The notes under the pieces were generated by a model. That model made no database searches, had not been told where the DNA came from, and was given only the letters and a program-made list of their open reading frames with translations. A stretch of DNA of 64,000 nt from Tubiluchus corallicola (Eukaryota; Animalia; Priapulida), in assembly GCA_030141605.1 (NCBI GenBank), contig JAQGDQ010000439.1:133161-197160 (forward strand). The letters run 5' to 3'. Position numbers and translations under genes: made by a program. Shown in pieces: positions 1 to 15,000 of the stretch (its first letter is position 1; each line of letters begins with the position of its first letter).

Positions 1-732
1 CATTATTTAAACTAACCAAAAAATTGGTTTTCGAGGTCAGTGGCATGACGTCAGCAATACACAAGACTTAATTATTCATGGAAGAGCGCTTATATGAGAG
101 CTGGTATTTAAATATTGTGCTGAAAGCTGATCACTGCTGTCAAAGGCACTTGCACCACCAGGCCGGCCAGTTTCCATGATAGATAAATGTAGTTTATTAT
201 TTACGGACATGTCCACGTCTTACGTGGGTAAGATTACATAACGATCAAATATAAATTTTCTTAGCTAGTTTTGCTGGATATCCAAGCAATGGATCGTACT
301 GAATTCCACGAAACATTTGGTCCCACAAGCACAATAACAGTAGCAGCGGCATTAGCAACGATAGCAACACCATTGTGGTATTAATGCTAGTCTTGTACAG
401 GGTGTTCCAGAAGAAACAGTGCATTAAACATATGCTGAACAAGTCACAAGGAAATGCAGTTATGAAATAGTAAGATGCTACATTACAATAACTTGCTTTT
501 TGTATTGTTCAGTATAAGTATGACAGCACTTATTGGGCTTTGCATGACGTTACTACAGATGTTATTTTTTTAAGGAACACCCTATATAAATTTTGCCGTG
601 ACGAATTTAAGCAGACATGTAAGCATGAAATTAGTAAGCTATTTATTTGCTAGCTAAAGTCATATCTAGAGCAAGTTTTAGTACGTTTTAATAACACTAA
701 GCACAGTTAATAAATCTGCGTGTATTCTGTAG

Positions 733-3700
733 ATGTGGAGCAAAATCAAATTCCTTTCTGTGAGAAATTCTCAGCAAATAAGAGATACAAGTTATAAAAA
801 AATGGACCAGGCACTAAAGTCCACATATGGCAAGCTTGCTCTTGGTGTAATAAGTACCACATTAACGGGAACAGAGATGTTACTTGACAAGTATCTTCCA
901 GGTAAGAAAAACACATGTTTGGAAAATTGTTCAAAGGACATCAATTTGCAGTGCATTCTTTTTCTTGTCAATAGATGTTTCTCCATTCCTCTAAGTCAGT
1001 AGATGTTTCTCTATTTCTCTACGTTACGCATGATATTAGCAGCACTTGCTACTGTTGTCTACATTATCGGTTTACCTTTTGATGACTTCACAAGACATTA
1101 GGAAGCAAAGTCTTAACTGTGAAGAAATTTGTCCGGAAAAATTTTGATGAAACAAAAAACACTAAGAGAGAAACACTTAGCAAAATTCCTATAATTTTTT
1201 GGAAACCAAGCTTTCGGATTTCAAAGTACTTCAAGAAATTGAAAATATGGAAAAATAAAAATACTGAAAAACCATCAGCCAAATTATAAAAAACTAACTA
1301 TTAAATTATCAAAACTTGCTACTAAAAAGAAGAAAAGAAAAATATAACATTTATGATATAAAAAAGACACAATAACAGTATATATAATTAAATGATAAAA
1401 ACCTAGAAAACTGAGATAGACCGTGACAATGGCGATCCAAGCATACAGTAGTTTCTATAAAATGTTTATATTTGTCTAGTTTGTCTGAAATGTATAAATA
1501 AGCAAAAACAATATGAGAATGTGAACCACGGGATTTAAACATAAAAACAATATCTCCATATCTAAGGATCAGCGCTCTCAATTTAGGAATAACTGCTTTA
1601 AAATTTACGCCAATAACACACCACCAAAATTTACGCTGTCTAAACAGTGGTTCACAACTACAGAGATTTATTTTAGTAGATTCGATACTTTTGAAAGCTG
1701 TACGATCATTACACAAATACGATTTTTGCCTTTTGAATTACATTTTGTTATTGTTTAGTGACCATATGACTGTTTATTTACAGCTGTATGTAGTACCAAA
1801 AATGTAGGTGGGTAACTGTGCAGCTAATGGTATCTTACAATGACAAAACCAGAATGGGTTCGCGTTACCCCCACCACTATATACCCTGCAGAAATACTAG
1901 AGACGCTATTAGAGTTCTTACTGGTCAATATCTTATGTCGTCATGTTTGTGACATTTTGTTCACATTCAGGTTTTTTTATTTTTCAGTATTCAAAATTGA
2001 ACTGAAACGTGATACTAAATTTATTATTAGGATTATGCACTATTTCAAAAACAATAGTACTTTTTCTGCACCCACTATAAAATTCTCTATGTTCGCCTAA
2101 CGTTCGTCGTCAAAGAGTTTTCACTAATTTTTGATAATGCACGCTACAGCCATAGGCAGCATTCAGAAATAATATGATCTGATTCTACGAAGCGTTCAAA
2201 TTTTCATATATTGAAGTAATTTGTGATTTTATACTTTAGACGACGTGAAAAGAGAATCAAACGAAGAGGAAAAGTTTCTTATTTGGAAAAGCCAACCAAA
2301 TAAATCAAATCTGGAATGCGATTCCAATTTAGAAGCGAAGGTACGAGAAAATTCCACGCCAAAGGTAAAATCAGTGCATGCTTACGCATGAGAACAAGGT
2401 GCTTACTCAGTGTTTATGCACTAGTTACCTAGTACTTACAAGGATGTGATTAGAGCAGAAGTTAATTGCACATGCATGTCACTGAGACAGAGATAGGCGA
2501 CCTCATTGATAAAAAATAAGTAAGATAATTATTCTAAATCTCCGCTTGCCCTTCTTGTTTTGCAAATAACACCTATAACCGAACAACAAAGTTTGCTGAG
2601 GCATATACAGGTGTATTTTATGGCACCTGAAATTTCAAGAGAGATCACATAACTCATAAGCTTCCATAAATAAATTTGACTAACAGCTGCTATGAACTTG
2701 GTTTGTAAAAATGACCTTCAACGATCATAAACATGGTTCACTTTTTCTCTTAAACAGGCAGTTTCCAGTTTTCAATCCAAACTTATTGATACATGCCAAA
2801 CCAAAAAGCAAAATAAATCAGCACAGGACCCTACAGAAATTCATAAAGAAGTGAAACTAATCAACATCCATGAAGGACAACTACTGCATAAAAGCTGCTC
2901 AACATTTGATAATTCTGACATGAACCAATGCATCAGTGACAGAGTAGAAACTGCAAAATCGAACGTCGACGACACAACAAAATCAGATGGAGATCTTCTA
3001 GAGGAGCTACAAAGAAATAGAATTAGAAACCGACTAACATGTGATGGTAACGAATTGGATGATGCAGTGCATGTGGCGTCGTGTGTAAATCATGACATAT
3101 TTATAGCTAACAAACCTAATGTAAATGACGAAGAAATTACAGGTGATTACATTCATGCAGAAATATGTGTATCTGACACAGGAGAAACTGTAAAGATGCC
3201 ACAAACAATACAAACATGCGCCCTGAACAGTACAGAAATTATAGGCCATAATTATGATAACGAGCTATCAGGAGGAAAAAATGAAGTAAGTGTTCGCGAG
3301 TTATCACAAATGACATCTCCATATGAGGTAGATAATAAAAATACAATTGGCCATAATCAATATGATGCAACACATATAGTGCCAACAAATGAAACTCCAA
3401 AAGTAATGACCAAAGACAGCAGAAAACAATTCAAACCGGTAACAGGTGCTGAGCTTACGGCGAATTCATATGAAATCGAAAAATGTACAGAAATCTCAAG
3501 TGCTAGCAAATCAGACAACGGTGATAAAGTTCTTGAAGACATCAATGGACTTGTTGATGTTAATATGGCCTTAAACGATAAAAAGAATGCATTAAGTAAA
3601 CAAACTGGTACAAATTTCAGTTCAAATGCAGGGAATCACACTTTCCCCGATATCCAAAGCACAAACAACAATACGAATCCAGCTTCTCAAGACATTCAAG

Positions 3701-3801
3701 CAGCTTACACGACTATGACACTGGAGAATACATTACCTGCAGCCGTTTTGCTAGTGGCCCTTATATTATATGCTACGTTGCACTTACAATATTCAATTTA
3801 A
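733..3801 (+). CDS. Perilipin-like protein with long low-complexity region and C-terminal hydrophobic tail anchor (spliced; N-terminus may extend upstream)
   Basis: Exons 733-901 (tgtag|ATG ... ccag|gtaag), 2240-2364 (tttag|ac ... aag|gtaaaa; alternative phase-0 donor at 2340) and 2758-3801 (aacag|gca) join in frame, ~445 aa. Exon 1 encodes MDQALKSTYGKLALGVISTTLTGTEMLLDKYLP, resembling the perilipin/LSD 'VD.YLP' segment. Ends LPAAVLLVALILYATLHLQYSI*, with AATAAA right after the stop. Confidence 0.6.
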
Positions 3802-6004
3802 TAATAAAGTTTATATTTTACTGATGAAAAATTTTTCTTTATTAATATTAATAATTATCATCGAGAAAATCATGATAATGTACACAAAAAATAGTGATGC
3901 TGCTACAATTATTGACAATGCATTATTAAATTGTAGAGGCTTCAAGTTACTATCTAATACCACATAAAAATGGCACTTTTTGCTAAACTACCATGCACCA
4001 CTACTACATTTGCACTTGTACCTAAAACGTAGACTACTGCAGCAATACGATTACTGCCCATGTAGCTAATAGACTGTAAACCCTATAACTCATTAATGCA
4101 AATCTGCATTGTTCCATTCTTAATGTTTAAGAATGTGTTAAGAAACATAGCAAAGCAAAATAACAACATGATGAAAAGGAAAATAATAAAACCTGCAATT
4201 GAACAATGAGACAAACAAGCATTCAGAGAAGAAAACATAAACAGTGCATGCTTATTTACAAGAATAATGAGTATAATAATTGTGTAAAATAACCATGATG
4301 TAATAAAACTAATGACAAAAGCCAAGCCCATTAAACCCTGCTGTTTGTTTTTGCCTGCTGCTACACGGTAAACAAGAGTCAGGGACATAAAAAAATCATT
4401 AGGCATATCTTTATGGACAAAAAATAAACAAACAAAAACATAATGAAACAAAGAATAACGAAAAAAGAGAGAGAAACACAGAAAAAGTAGCAAGCTTAAT
4501 AAAAACCTGCAGTTAAAGATTCAACACAGCGCGAGTTCCTATCCTGTTTAACCAAGCCTTATACAAAAAGCTAATTTTTGTACATTAATACATTTTACAA
4601 AAAAAATGATTATTTCATAAGACTCTGCAACTAATCACACAACACAGTTTCTCTAAAACAGTTTTGTGCAGAATAAACAAACTGAATTGTGTACCTATAG
4701 AGCCTTAAAATAAGACTCTTAGTTGTAGATAAAAACTGTTTAGGTTTATTTTAATTTTATAGTTACCTTTACTACGCTGTAGAGAAATGACAACAGTACT
4801 TCTCTCAAGCTTACAGTTAACACTAAAACACATACAATAAATAAAGAAAAAATATTAAAAGAGTCACTAACAGCAAACTTCCAACATGTAAATCAAACAT
4901 AACAAAAATATGTGAATCTAACAATGTGTTCCAACGAATGAACAATGTAAAAGAACAAATGTCTAACAAAACCTAAAATCTAGTTCTACTGCTTAAAATT
5001 ACAATTACTTTCTAAGATTAAAGTTTATTTAAATATGGCACACTAAAAAGCTTCAGCATAAATTATGTTTTATATTAACAATTCTAAGGCACAACCAGGC
5101 ACATAGCTGATTCAAGGTATTCGTGCCCTCAACAGTAACAACCAAGGATCATTGTGGGCAATGTAAGTGTGCATTTTACAGTAATATATCCTGCTAGACT
5201 CTGCAAAATAAACTCACTAAAACAAAACTTACTGCTAAATTAAAATCACTGGGGAATCTACAATATTATAAGGTTAAAATGAATTTGTAAATACATGATA
5301 AATCTAAAATTTTGTACATGTAGAACATTGTACACAGAGTTCAAAAATATAATTAACAGCATTTCAATTAGGGGCACATCAGCTTGACACAAAAATCAAA
5401 CTTTATATAAAAAAGAAACCTTTCGTTTATGACGTGCATGGACAATGGCGGTAACTCTACGCACGGCTTACAAACACTGAAAAAGGTGGCACCTGCTGTT
5501 TACTTAAACTATTGCAAAAGCTATTTAAAAGACGAATTGTAAAACTCTTTACACAGCTATGCTATAAAAAATTGGGTGGAGGACATTAGAAAAAAAAGTG
5601 AAGCACAATTATTAGAAAACATTTAACGCAAAAGTAGCATCTTTTCATGAGACGAAGACGAATCACTATAACTGAAATGTTTCAAATTGAATGCAGAGGA
5701 ATCAAACTTCTAGGTTCCTCATTCTGTTAGGACAATCAGCCGCAGTGAATCAGTTGCTTTGGTTTTAGTTATTTTACGACAAAATTCAACCTTAAATGCC
5801 TGAAAAAGTAACAAAACATCGTCATTTAGTTGCAGTGTGGTGGGTAAATTTCATTCGAGTCAAAGGCTATCGGTGTTAGTGACTATCATAGCTACACTTG
5901 TATTTTTACATAACAATTTCATTAATGTTAACTACATAAATAAAAATAAATTCCTTCTCTTATATTACCCAATAAAAAAACCTAAAGTTATAAATTAACC
6001 TGAA

Positions 6005-9000
6005 CTATTCCGACTTGGATCCATCTGTTTTTTTCTTCTCCTTTTTCAATCCACGTAAGAATGAAGGAGTCCGGAAGCCCTTTTTCTTTTTCTTTTTTTG
6101 TTTTTCACCTTCATGTGTTGGTGAACCCTAACACAAAAATAACACAGACACTCTAATGAATGCCAAAAACTATTGTATCGGGATCATTAATAATCGAAAA
6201 GCACGGTTAATCAAAAGAGATTAATATATTCTGGCAGACTGATTTGCCTACAATCTTGAAATAATTCATCATTTATGCAAAACATGAGAAGGAATGAGAC
6301 CGTCTAACAAAAGATACTTTGTTGCACTGCTATCTCAAATCCTTGAATGCAATTAAATTCTTGTTAATTCATAAGTGAGACTGGAGTTACATTTACTCAG
6401 CATTGTGAAATTATGGGCCTTGACACAAGCTTAGGTACAACGGACATTAACAGTAGTGCAGTGTATGTCATATTGCTACTAGCCGACATCTGAGCAGCAA
6501 ATAATCGTTATCACCGAGTAGCTAATGCACTCAAAGTGAAAGGCTGCCAAGTCATGTGTCCGTGGTTATAATCTGCTTGTATTCTTGTTGCACTAGCAGT
6601 ATAGGCATTGAACACTGAATAGTGAACGTATGCTAGAGAGAATTTCAAGAATATGTAGAAGTGTTAACCGTGCATGCAAACAATTACATTGTAAATGGTT
6701 GCAAATGCTACTTAAAGCTGATATTAATGAAGGTCATTTGATTTCCATTTTATATGGAAGCCAAATTACGGATTATGGAAGCCAAATTAGTAAATTTAAA
6801 GGATATGAAGGAGAATAAGCAGTATGTGGTAATGCGGGAAACGGTGAAGGCATACTTCTCTACTGCTTTTCGAAATATCAGCACTAATAGCACTGTCTTC
6901 TGAGCGTAATGTTGAATACTTCGCCACTTCTTCATTTTCTCCCTCACCTAGAAAGTGATCATAGACAGTAATACAGTAATAATATAACACATTGCCTCCA
7001 GAATAATATGAAAAAGTATTTTATTTTTTGTACAGTAGAAGAATGTTACATGTGTGTAAAATCAATGAAGGTAAATTAGACAGGTATACCTTTCTGACAA
7101 AACACAATATGGTTACACTTACAAGAATATTTCAAAGTATGCATTTAAATATTTTCAGTAGGTTTATTAAAGTGCAGTAAGTTTTGAAAAGGCGAAACAA
7201 AATACCATGTCGTTTGTTTTGGCAGTTTTTCATAATCAAGCATTAAGCACAAAAACATGTTTAAATACCATGCACGTGCAGAGAAAGGCTGTTAACCTGC
7301 ACATCAAGCAATACTTCAAAAGTGTGTCGGTGAAGGGCTGTTTTTGCCCTGAATCGAATGCAGTTTTTGTATACAACATGGCACAAGTTATTTGTCTAAC
7401 AATTTGCTCGAGTCTAGCAATCTCCCTCTGAGAAAGCATGGCACTTAAATCTACGGGTATAAATCATGTTTTGCTAACTGTATACAGGCAATAGTTTTTG
7501 CTGCACTGACACACGGTGAGTGCAAATGGACAGTTATTACACATTACACTTGTTAACTATGAAAAAAACATGAGCTTGTCAAAATTTTTAATATTACCAC
7601 TTTACAAGCCTATTAGACTAAAATTGAATTTTCTAGGCTTTAACATTTTGTTTTTGGTGTTTAAGCTTTAAGATACGTTTTAAAGTTCTTCTGTGTTTTA
7701 ACTTTTTGTGATATTTTTCCCAAAGACATTGTTGCCACTGACATAACTTCTTTTTAAAGTTCATTACTTTGCCACTGACATAACTTCTTTTCAAAGTTCA
7801 TTACTTTTATTAATTATTCAACTAGACTAGGGTTAAGCAAATATACAACACAAACTCATCCATGTTAGCTAGTCGATTTAGCAATAATCACAATAACACT
7901 AACCATCTGAAGTGACTGTAACCTGAGTTCCAACAATGTGAGCTTCAGGAGTGACAGCTAAAAAGAATTACTTAATTTATAATCTTAATTTCAAGATTAT
8001 CAATTAACGATACAACAAACTCACAATTATTAAATTTCTTATACTACCATAATACAATTGTGATTATGTTTGTACCAGCTACTTCTGTTAATAAATAGGA
8101 TCATAGCTTTATTGTGATTCATTTCATTTTTTCCCCGATGTCTAGTTAACAAGCACATGGAGTTGTTGCTACATGATCTTCACCTATTGTATTGGGTGGT
8201 TACCATTCCTGTTAAAATATTTTTTTCCGTACAACTGTTTATAGTTTGTCACTTGGATATTTTCCAATATTTTTCGCTTTTAATATTAATAGTCTCTTTT
8301 GCCAATTATATGTATAACTAATCACTTAATATTTATGTGGCTTATCATAAGTCTGTTTGTTAGGTCTCCCGTGATTTTAGTTGAGTTATACTAATGGCAT
8401 AACACAGCATTTTTTAATGCAAATTAATGCAAATTATTACCACCAAATGCTTTACTAAATGGCATTACCATGTTGATTATGACAGAATTAGCCTACAATG
8501 TATGTCAGTAAGCCAAAAATTAATTGAAATCACCATAAACTGACTATTTCTTAAATAATAAAAGACCAAAAAAGCAACAGGAAATCAGAAATAACAGAGT
8601 CTGGATTTGAACCAAGGATTTTTGGAATATGTTCACAAACCCCCTGACCCCAGAAATTTGTCAATTACTTTCTCAACAACACTGCTAATCAAACTTGATA
8701 TTAATACACTCAGCTAAGCTTATTTTTTGGCAAAGTAATAGAAATTGTTGGCAAGAAATTTCTGCGAACTGTAACGAAACGCTTAGTCCATACATGTTTC
8801 ACTCACCTGTTGTTCCACCTGCATCTACCTGATCAACTGTAATAGTTAACCCTGGTTGTTGTGCTGGCATAGCATCTTCATGTGCTTCTTTAGGAACCTA
8901 AAAATGAATGATTAATAATGTTGCCCAAGTCAAATGCACATTCCAATCAAGCCATCAGGTGAAAAAACTAATAAAAAAATCAGGTAAATAAATGTTCAGT

Positions 9001-12000
9001 AGTTTTAGACATAAACTCAGTACATATTTGCGAGTCAGGTATACCTCGTTATAGTGTATTTGTATTTTTTGCACAATGCTGTAGTAGAGCCAAGCAAAAC
9101 AAGTAGTAGTGCCAGAAAAATGCACATTTATATCATTCACGCTAGCTTTTAGTTTTACCTTTTGTTGACAGAGAAAAAAATGGTTGTAGAATATAGCACA
9201 AATGACTTATCATTATTTCTCATCTAAAGAAAGTATGTTGTAAGCTTTCTACGAATTTCTAGCTTTCTGTCGCATTTGTGGTTGGCATTACTTGACCAAT
9301 TTAGTTTAATAATTATGTCTAACGTATTTTTGATAGTAGTAATACTTTAGTATACGAATTTTACTTTATTATCAACAACACTGAATATGTGAAATAACTG
9401 CACATTAAGTTGCTAAAAACATCTGTTTTTTCGATAATTATGTTGAAAATAGCATGTGGTTTAGTAGATTCTTCTCCTTACTTGGATTTATACATTCAAT
9501 AGTTTCATGTCGAGAAAATTACTACTACCTGCAATGGTTCTAAACTTGCTGCTGCAATATTAGCACAAAAATGTCTCATAAAAAATGCGACAAATTACCG
9601 GAGAGTCGGCATTACGCAATTCCCACGGATCATTATGTGGGAGTACAAAATGGTTAACATCAGGCTTCATAGGAGTGCTATGACGAGGAAGAATATTCTC
9701 CTCAATGTACTGTAAACAAACATGCGGTTAGTAAAAAACCAAAAACATCAAATCACATAAAATCAAGTTTATTTTGCAATATTTTAGTGTGTATTTGCAA
9801 CAAAGCAGTTACATCATGCCAAACTGTACAATGGAAATAAAATAACACTGCTGTAGTTAAAATTTGACATGACATTGACTGGGTTTAAGCACTATGGCAA
9901 GACTATGCAACAACATAACTTAACTACTAAATGGAAAACACGATGTTTCAAATTGGCATAGATTATTAAAACAAATTAGCAAGGATTTAAAAAGCTAAAC
10001 TACTAACTCATTTACAAGAGACTACATCTAACAACGTCAAAAATTACATTAGTTTTTACTGTAATTAGTATGTTAATAAGATTTTTTTCAGACACGATAA
10101 TAGCACATCTCCTATAGTAAAAAGAACAGAATTCAGAAACTTGAACATGCATTAGTTGAGAACCATTTTATGTCAATAAGCTTTTTAGTATCTGAGGTCT
10201 ATAAAATGCTTCCCAATAGCTACTATTGAAAATACAGCAGAAACCACAACTGTTAATAGCCAAATATAAAGCTTAGTTATCAAGAAAATATTAGTAATAT
10301 TAGTAAATGCACAGCAGAAAAGTTGACAAATTTACTTAGTAATTATGAAAATTAAAACGAGATACCCATTTCAAGTTTTCTTCCCATTTAGTTATAATGT
10401 TACAAGATTCTGTTATTTAGTTGAAATTATTTTAATTACCAGGGAGCACAAGTTTCAAGCATCCTTAGAAAAAAAGAAACTTAAGAAGGTTAATGGACCG
10501 CTCAGAAAATAAAAAGCCCAAAAATTTGAGAGACCCTTATTTAAATTGAAGTTAATGAAAGGTAATGTTATGTATAGACTAAAAAACGTTTAGAAATTTC
10601 TAACAGATCTTAATGCGCAAAGCACTACCAATATCATTTTCTAAATTACAAATATTGTACCAATTACAATATGGTGGTCAAGGTAAAAACGAAAAAAGTC
10701 AGATGATCGACTTAAAAGTTTATAAAACAAAAATAAAAATACCAACGACTCTAAAATACAATTAAAGTAATAGAATACTCCCAAAATGTAGAATGTTTCT
10801 ATATTTACAATGACGCTGAAGAAGTTAATGGAAATCAAAATGCTCTGTCAATAAATGTGCATGTATTGCAGTATATGAAGAAAACTATATAGCGCCAATA
10901 GATGCAACAAGCATTTCCGCTCTCAGAACACCCAGAAAGACGAGCAATACAGTCTTGAAGCCCATGTGCAATAGTTAGAAGGAAAACAGACAGAACAGCC
11001 CTGAGATAATCAGTTCATACTTGAGGGGGTGCCACTACTGTATCCTCTTGTTTGCTTAACCATTTGGTTTTGTCCGATTTCTTCTTTGCCTCCATCGCTC
11101 TCTGTGCTGGAGATCTGAAGTAATAACACACATTAAAAATAATTGCATAGCCATTTCCAATATCAAGGTTTTCCTTTTATAGAAATTTTTTCCCAGGTTT
11201 CCTTAAAAGTTCTGTTTCAAATAAAACACTCGTCTATCATGCTGAAAGTGCACTAACTTTTGTCAACTCTGTAAATATAGTGCTAGTTTATATTAACAAT
11301 TATGTAGTGACACCTATTGAGTAAAAAGAAAAAACATTATGAGATGATAGCTTTTAACAAAGAAGTAATACAACATTCCAGTACTAAATATATTTGTTAA
11401 TCTATGAAAAGTAATTCAAAGCAGTAAAAGGAAACTGAATAACACCTGCAATGCAAATACTGTTCAATTTCGCAGAAAATTGAAATGTTCACGGGAACGA
11501 AAAAATAATTATAGTAACGTTCAATTCCTACGAGTTATTAATTAACACATGCCCCAAGAATATTAACACAGCATGAAGAGACCAGTGCCATACTTTTCAA
11601 TTTGCTCTGCATCTTCCAGCATTTCTTGCACGGATGTAGCAGATGGTGGAACTTCTACATCTTCGAATCGCTTCTGAAATCTTTCTGGTTTAACAACAGG
11701 CTGTCGATATATGTATCCTGTTCTGTAGCCCTAAATATAAACAGCTATGGCAAATGGCTTTGAAAGATTATAATAATTCATCCACATATGTACATTTTTC
11801 TATGGAGCTCGGTGTTTGTCAAAATGCATATTTTTTTCAATCTTTCATGTTACTTATTAGAAGAGATACTCAAATGCAGTAATCACTCGACTAATTAGTG
11901 TATAATAGTGAATGGCAATGCAATTATTACTGTAACAAAGCTGCTGTGAGAGAGATGACTAAAACACAGCAAACTGACATCAAGAGAATGTGTTTTTCGG

Positions 12001-15000
12001 AGTCATGATGGAGGTCAAAATTTACTAAAGGTTTCCATGGGAATTATGCACGAAAAAGCAAAATTTAAATGGTGCAGAGTAGAGAATTCATGAGTTTAAG
12101 TTAGTTAATTAATTAATGACAGTAGAAGACGGTAGGAGTACAGATTATCATTTTAATATGTATTTTAAAATGTAGGAGGCTGACCAACAAACATTACCAC
12201 TATTTGAAAATAATTCGAAAGAATCAAAAGAACGAAAGTCTATCAGTGAAAACTTGGAAAGTAAATATTTTAAGGAAAAAGAAGTAAACTAACATATGTA
12301 GCAAAGTTACAAACAATTATCACTTACAGCATTGTCCATCCACCGTATCATGGCTTCAAACTCTCGCTGACCGATGCTCCAGTTTATCTCTTTCTTCTCA
12401 GCATCTGGTTCTTCTGTAGTGCTGCTTGTGTGTTTTGCACAGTCCATCATTTTTTGTAAAGTCACCTCATCTGGCTGGTAGAGCTCATCGACACCAAGTG
12501 CTAAGCAATTCAGCTGAAAAAAAACATGGGAATCATTAAAAAAATTCATAAATTCATTCACTATGATTTAATGGCAAGGCTGGCAGTACGGCATGGTATG
12601 AAAAAACACCTACAAAATTGAACTGTATCGTACTAGTACGATAAAATATCATACCATAAATCTATACCAAATTTCGTACCTAGTGCTCGTAAGCTGTACT
12701 ATAAAAAGATAAACAGTGGCATAAAAGATAATTGTAGAAATGATAAGTTTATCAACTATTATTATGAAATTATGCGCACTATAAAAACAGAACTAATGTT
12801 TGAACTTCCATACTATTTATATCTGTTTACATCTTGTCTGAAACACTTGTAATTACACCACGCAGGCTGCGCAGGTTAACGTGTTAGATTGATCGGTACT
12901 TCGTTGGCAAAACAAATCTTTAACTCACGCGTTGCACTCAAGCTATGCAGATTTTTTTAAACAAAAACGAATGTAGGTAAAAACAGCACAGGCAAAAATG
13001 GCAGAGGAAAAAAGGGTGTGGTTTTTAATGGGCTATTTTTATCTGTGCCATTTTAGCCCTGTACGGCAGTACGTTCCTATACAATTCTCAATGATAGCAG
13101 TTAGAGCAACAGTGTTACATGAATAGGTGTCAAACGTGGTAAGTAATATACCCCGTTTGTATCCATACAACAATAAAGGTAAGCTCATTTACAGAAAATG
13201 ACAACCAGCGCTTCTAAATAACATGCCGCTTTTCCATCCAAAGCGAACCAATTTAACCGTTATGTTTGCATGTTCTCTGTTAATTAGGAGAACAATAAGT
13301 CCTCACCCAAGAGGCAAAACAAATTGTCATGCCGAGTTCTTGACCAATGAAAGTGTTACAAGAAGCTGAGTAACATGGTACAGAAAAGATACGAAAAAAT
13401 ACTGTAATTTCGTACCACACCATACTGCCAGTCTTGCTTAGGGGTGGAGAAGCACAATCACAGTAACAGAATAAACGCCACAGAATCTTTTATTCTAGCT
13501 GGTTAGAATTCCAAAGTTACATTCCGAGTTCATAGCTATGGTGTTAATATTTAAATTATGAACACAGATTTTTGCTTTCTCAGATTTTGAAAATAATTAT
13601 TTAATTAGCCTCCACGGCTTTGGAATCAATTTTTCCTTGCATTCTTCACACCATCATTCTTGTACGTCATTATTTTAATGAGATATAATTAATGGAGTGC
13701 TAAAATGTTTAGGGTTTAGGAATCAGTTAAACTTTTCAATGAGTGCAGAGAAGTGATATGGCCTACAGCAAAAATGCAAAGAATAATTCATGTAGTACAT
13801 CTGAACAACACACTGTCAAACCATACAAGCTGTTTAATAAGTTAGTTCTTCAACCTCTACAGCAAAACGAAAAAAATCTTCCATTTTTCTATAAAATCAC
13901 CCTAATCGCAATTACATTTCAGGTCAAGACAAACAATTAAATCCGTCAGGGTTTTTTTGACTAAGATACTACACTATTTATTTAATTCTATGAGTTATAC
14001 TTCTAAATTCGCAGTAATAATGTAATTTAATGAGAGGAACTCCATTAATTAAAGGAAGAACAATATTTAAATTATCATCACCTTATTAGTATTATTACCT
14101 CATCATTTTTTTGATTTGTTACAATTCTTGGCTTTTTACTTCTCTTCCACTTACATTACTTGCTTATATCCTTATTTTACTGGTATGTCATTCCTTTTCA
14201 TTGCTCATATTATTTGTTCACTATTAATTGCTCACTTGATAAGTATTTGTAATGGTGTTTTTGTCTAATAAGCAAATCGCGCCTAAACTGAACCGATTTA
14301 TTCTTCTACCATGACTTCGAAAGCAATAACGTCACTGCAAACTTTACATGCCTTAATTTTAATGAAATGTTAAATTCTTTCTAAATGATGTTCCAAAATC
14401 GGTGCTTACCTGAGTTTCACACGCTAGGGCGCAATTACGTGCATAATACCAGGCTTCCTCTACGGTCTCCCCTATGGCTACGAATCCATGATTTCGCAAG
14501 AACAGTACCTGTTAGTTAATAACAAGGAAATTATATTAGTAAGTATTCCAGACCTTCAATGCAGAAACATAAACCACACAAAAACATTTGTCGATCATTT
14601 GCTCATTCAAATTGTGTTTAATTTCATTACTAAGAATGTTTGCATATTGTGTGCGGGATTGTGTTAATGAATTTTTATATTAATCAACTGCAGATAAAAG
14701 TCAATGGATGGTACGGTTTGGCTGCTTCATAACAAGAGTTTCTTATTACAGTTCACGATCTACAAAGTTGGGTATAGTAACAGTCCACTTTTTACCAGCC
14801 AATGTTGTGCAACTTCTCGTTACTTTGTTGGCCTTGTCTTTATGGCATTTGCAAGGTATAACAGGGCTCTGGGTGAGATAGGACACAAGCATACCTTGCT
14901 AAAGGGACCCAAGCTGTGTCTGATTTCATCTGCTTCTTGCAACAACACAGGAGCTCCACGGTACTCATGATACGCTATTCTGCCACACAGCACAGCCTCA

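Noticed and set aside
4083-4493. 136-aa hydrophobic ORF as a membrane protein
   Set aside because: Antisense reading of A-rich sequence in the probable adducin 3' UTR; no recognisable motif.
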